From positions 49,049,002 through 49,113,001 of the forward strand of contig NC_068983.1 of the NCBI RefSeq assembly GCF_001194135.2: 64,000 nucleotides of DNA, in the 5' to 3' direction. Source of the stretch: Octopus bimaculoides (lineage: Eukaryota). The notes below the pieces were generated by a model, which worked only from the letters and a program-made list of their open reading frames with translations, was not told where the DNA came from and searched no databases. The position numbers and the translations under genes were made by a program. Shown piece by piece: positions 63,706-64,000 of this stretch; positions within the stretch are counted from its first letter, which is position 1; each line of letters starts with the position of its first letter.

Positions 63706-64000
63706 GCTGGCAGAAAACTTTAACAACATACTAGCAGAGCCAGAGACAATGCCTGAATGGCTCACAAAAGGGAAAACCATCTTAATCCCCAAATCCACGG
63801 AAACGGAGAAACCACAAAACTGTAGACCTATAACCTGTCTCCCTACGATCTACAAAGCCTTTACTGCAATAATAAACACCTGGAAAATAACAACCTGTTT
63901 CCAGAAGAGCAGAAGGGATGCTACAAGGGCTCATACGGCTGTAAAGATCAATTATTGATCAATAAAGCCATAACTGAAGACAGCCGCAGAAAGAAGAAAG
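63701..64000 (+). mobile_element. R4/Dong LINE, start of the RT domain (runs off the window)
   Basis: [41 protein letters not shown], frameshift, [32 protein letters not shown]. Confidence 0.92.

Overview
AT-rich, repeat-saturated eukaryotic genomic DNA with 10 assembly gaps (about 3.7 kb of N). The SINE families and microsatellite style look to me like an octopod cephalopod (Octopus); this is recognition from memory, not a database result. I found no host protein-coding gene that I can name, and no rRNA, intact tRNA gene or CRISPR array. Almost all ORF-track entries are translations of microsatellites, gaps or SINEs. The window is a graveyard of mobile elements: three tRNA-derived SINE families (about 25 copies, several with target-site duplications), decayed non-LTR retrotransposons (R4/Dong x5, Hero-like, L1/Tx1, CR1, RTE, Penelope-like), a gag-like CCHC ORF1 relic, and Tc1/mariner transposase relics (mariner x3, maT/DD37D-like, possible pogo/Tigger). 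The most interesting object is a ~520 bp palindromic element at 12.4-13.0 kb. It joins a tRNA-like Pol III head to a tail carrying a minimal type I hammerhead ribozyme, in two head-to-head copies between 14-bp direct repeats, so it may be a SINE-like element mobilised by Penelope-type machinery. Also notable are a ~600 bp foldback element centred on a telomere-repeat palindrome, and a convincing GT-AG intron with an open 144-nt exon near 61.7-61.9 kb on the minus strand.
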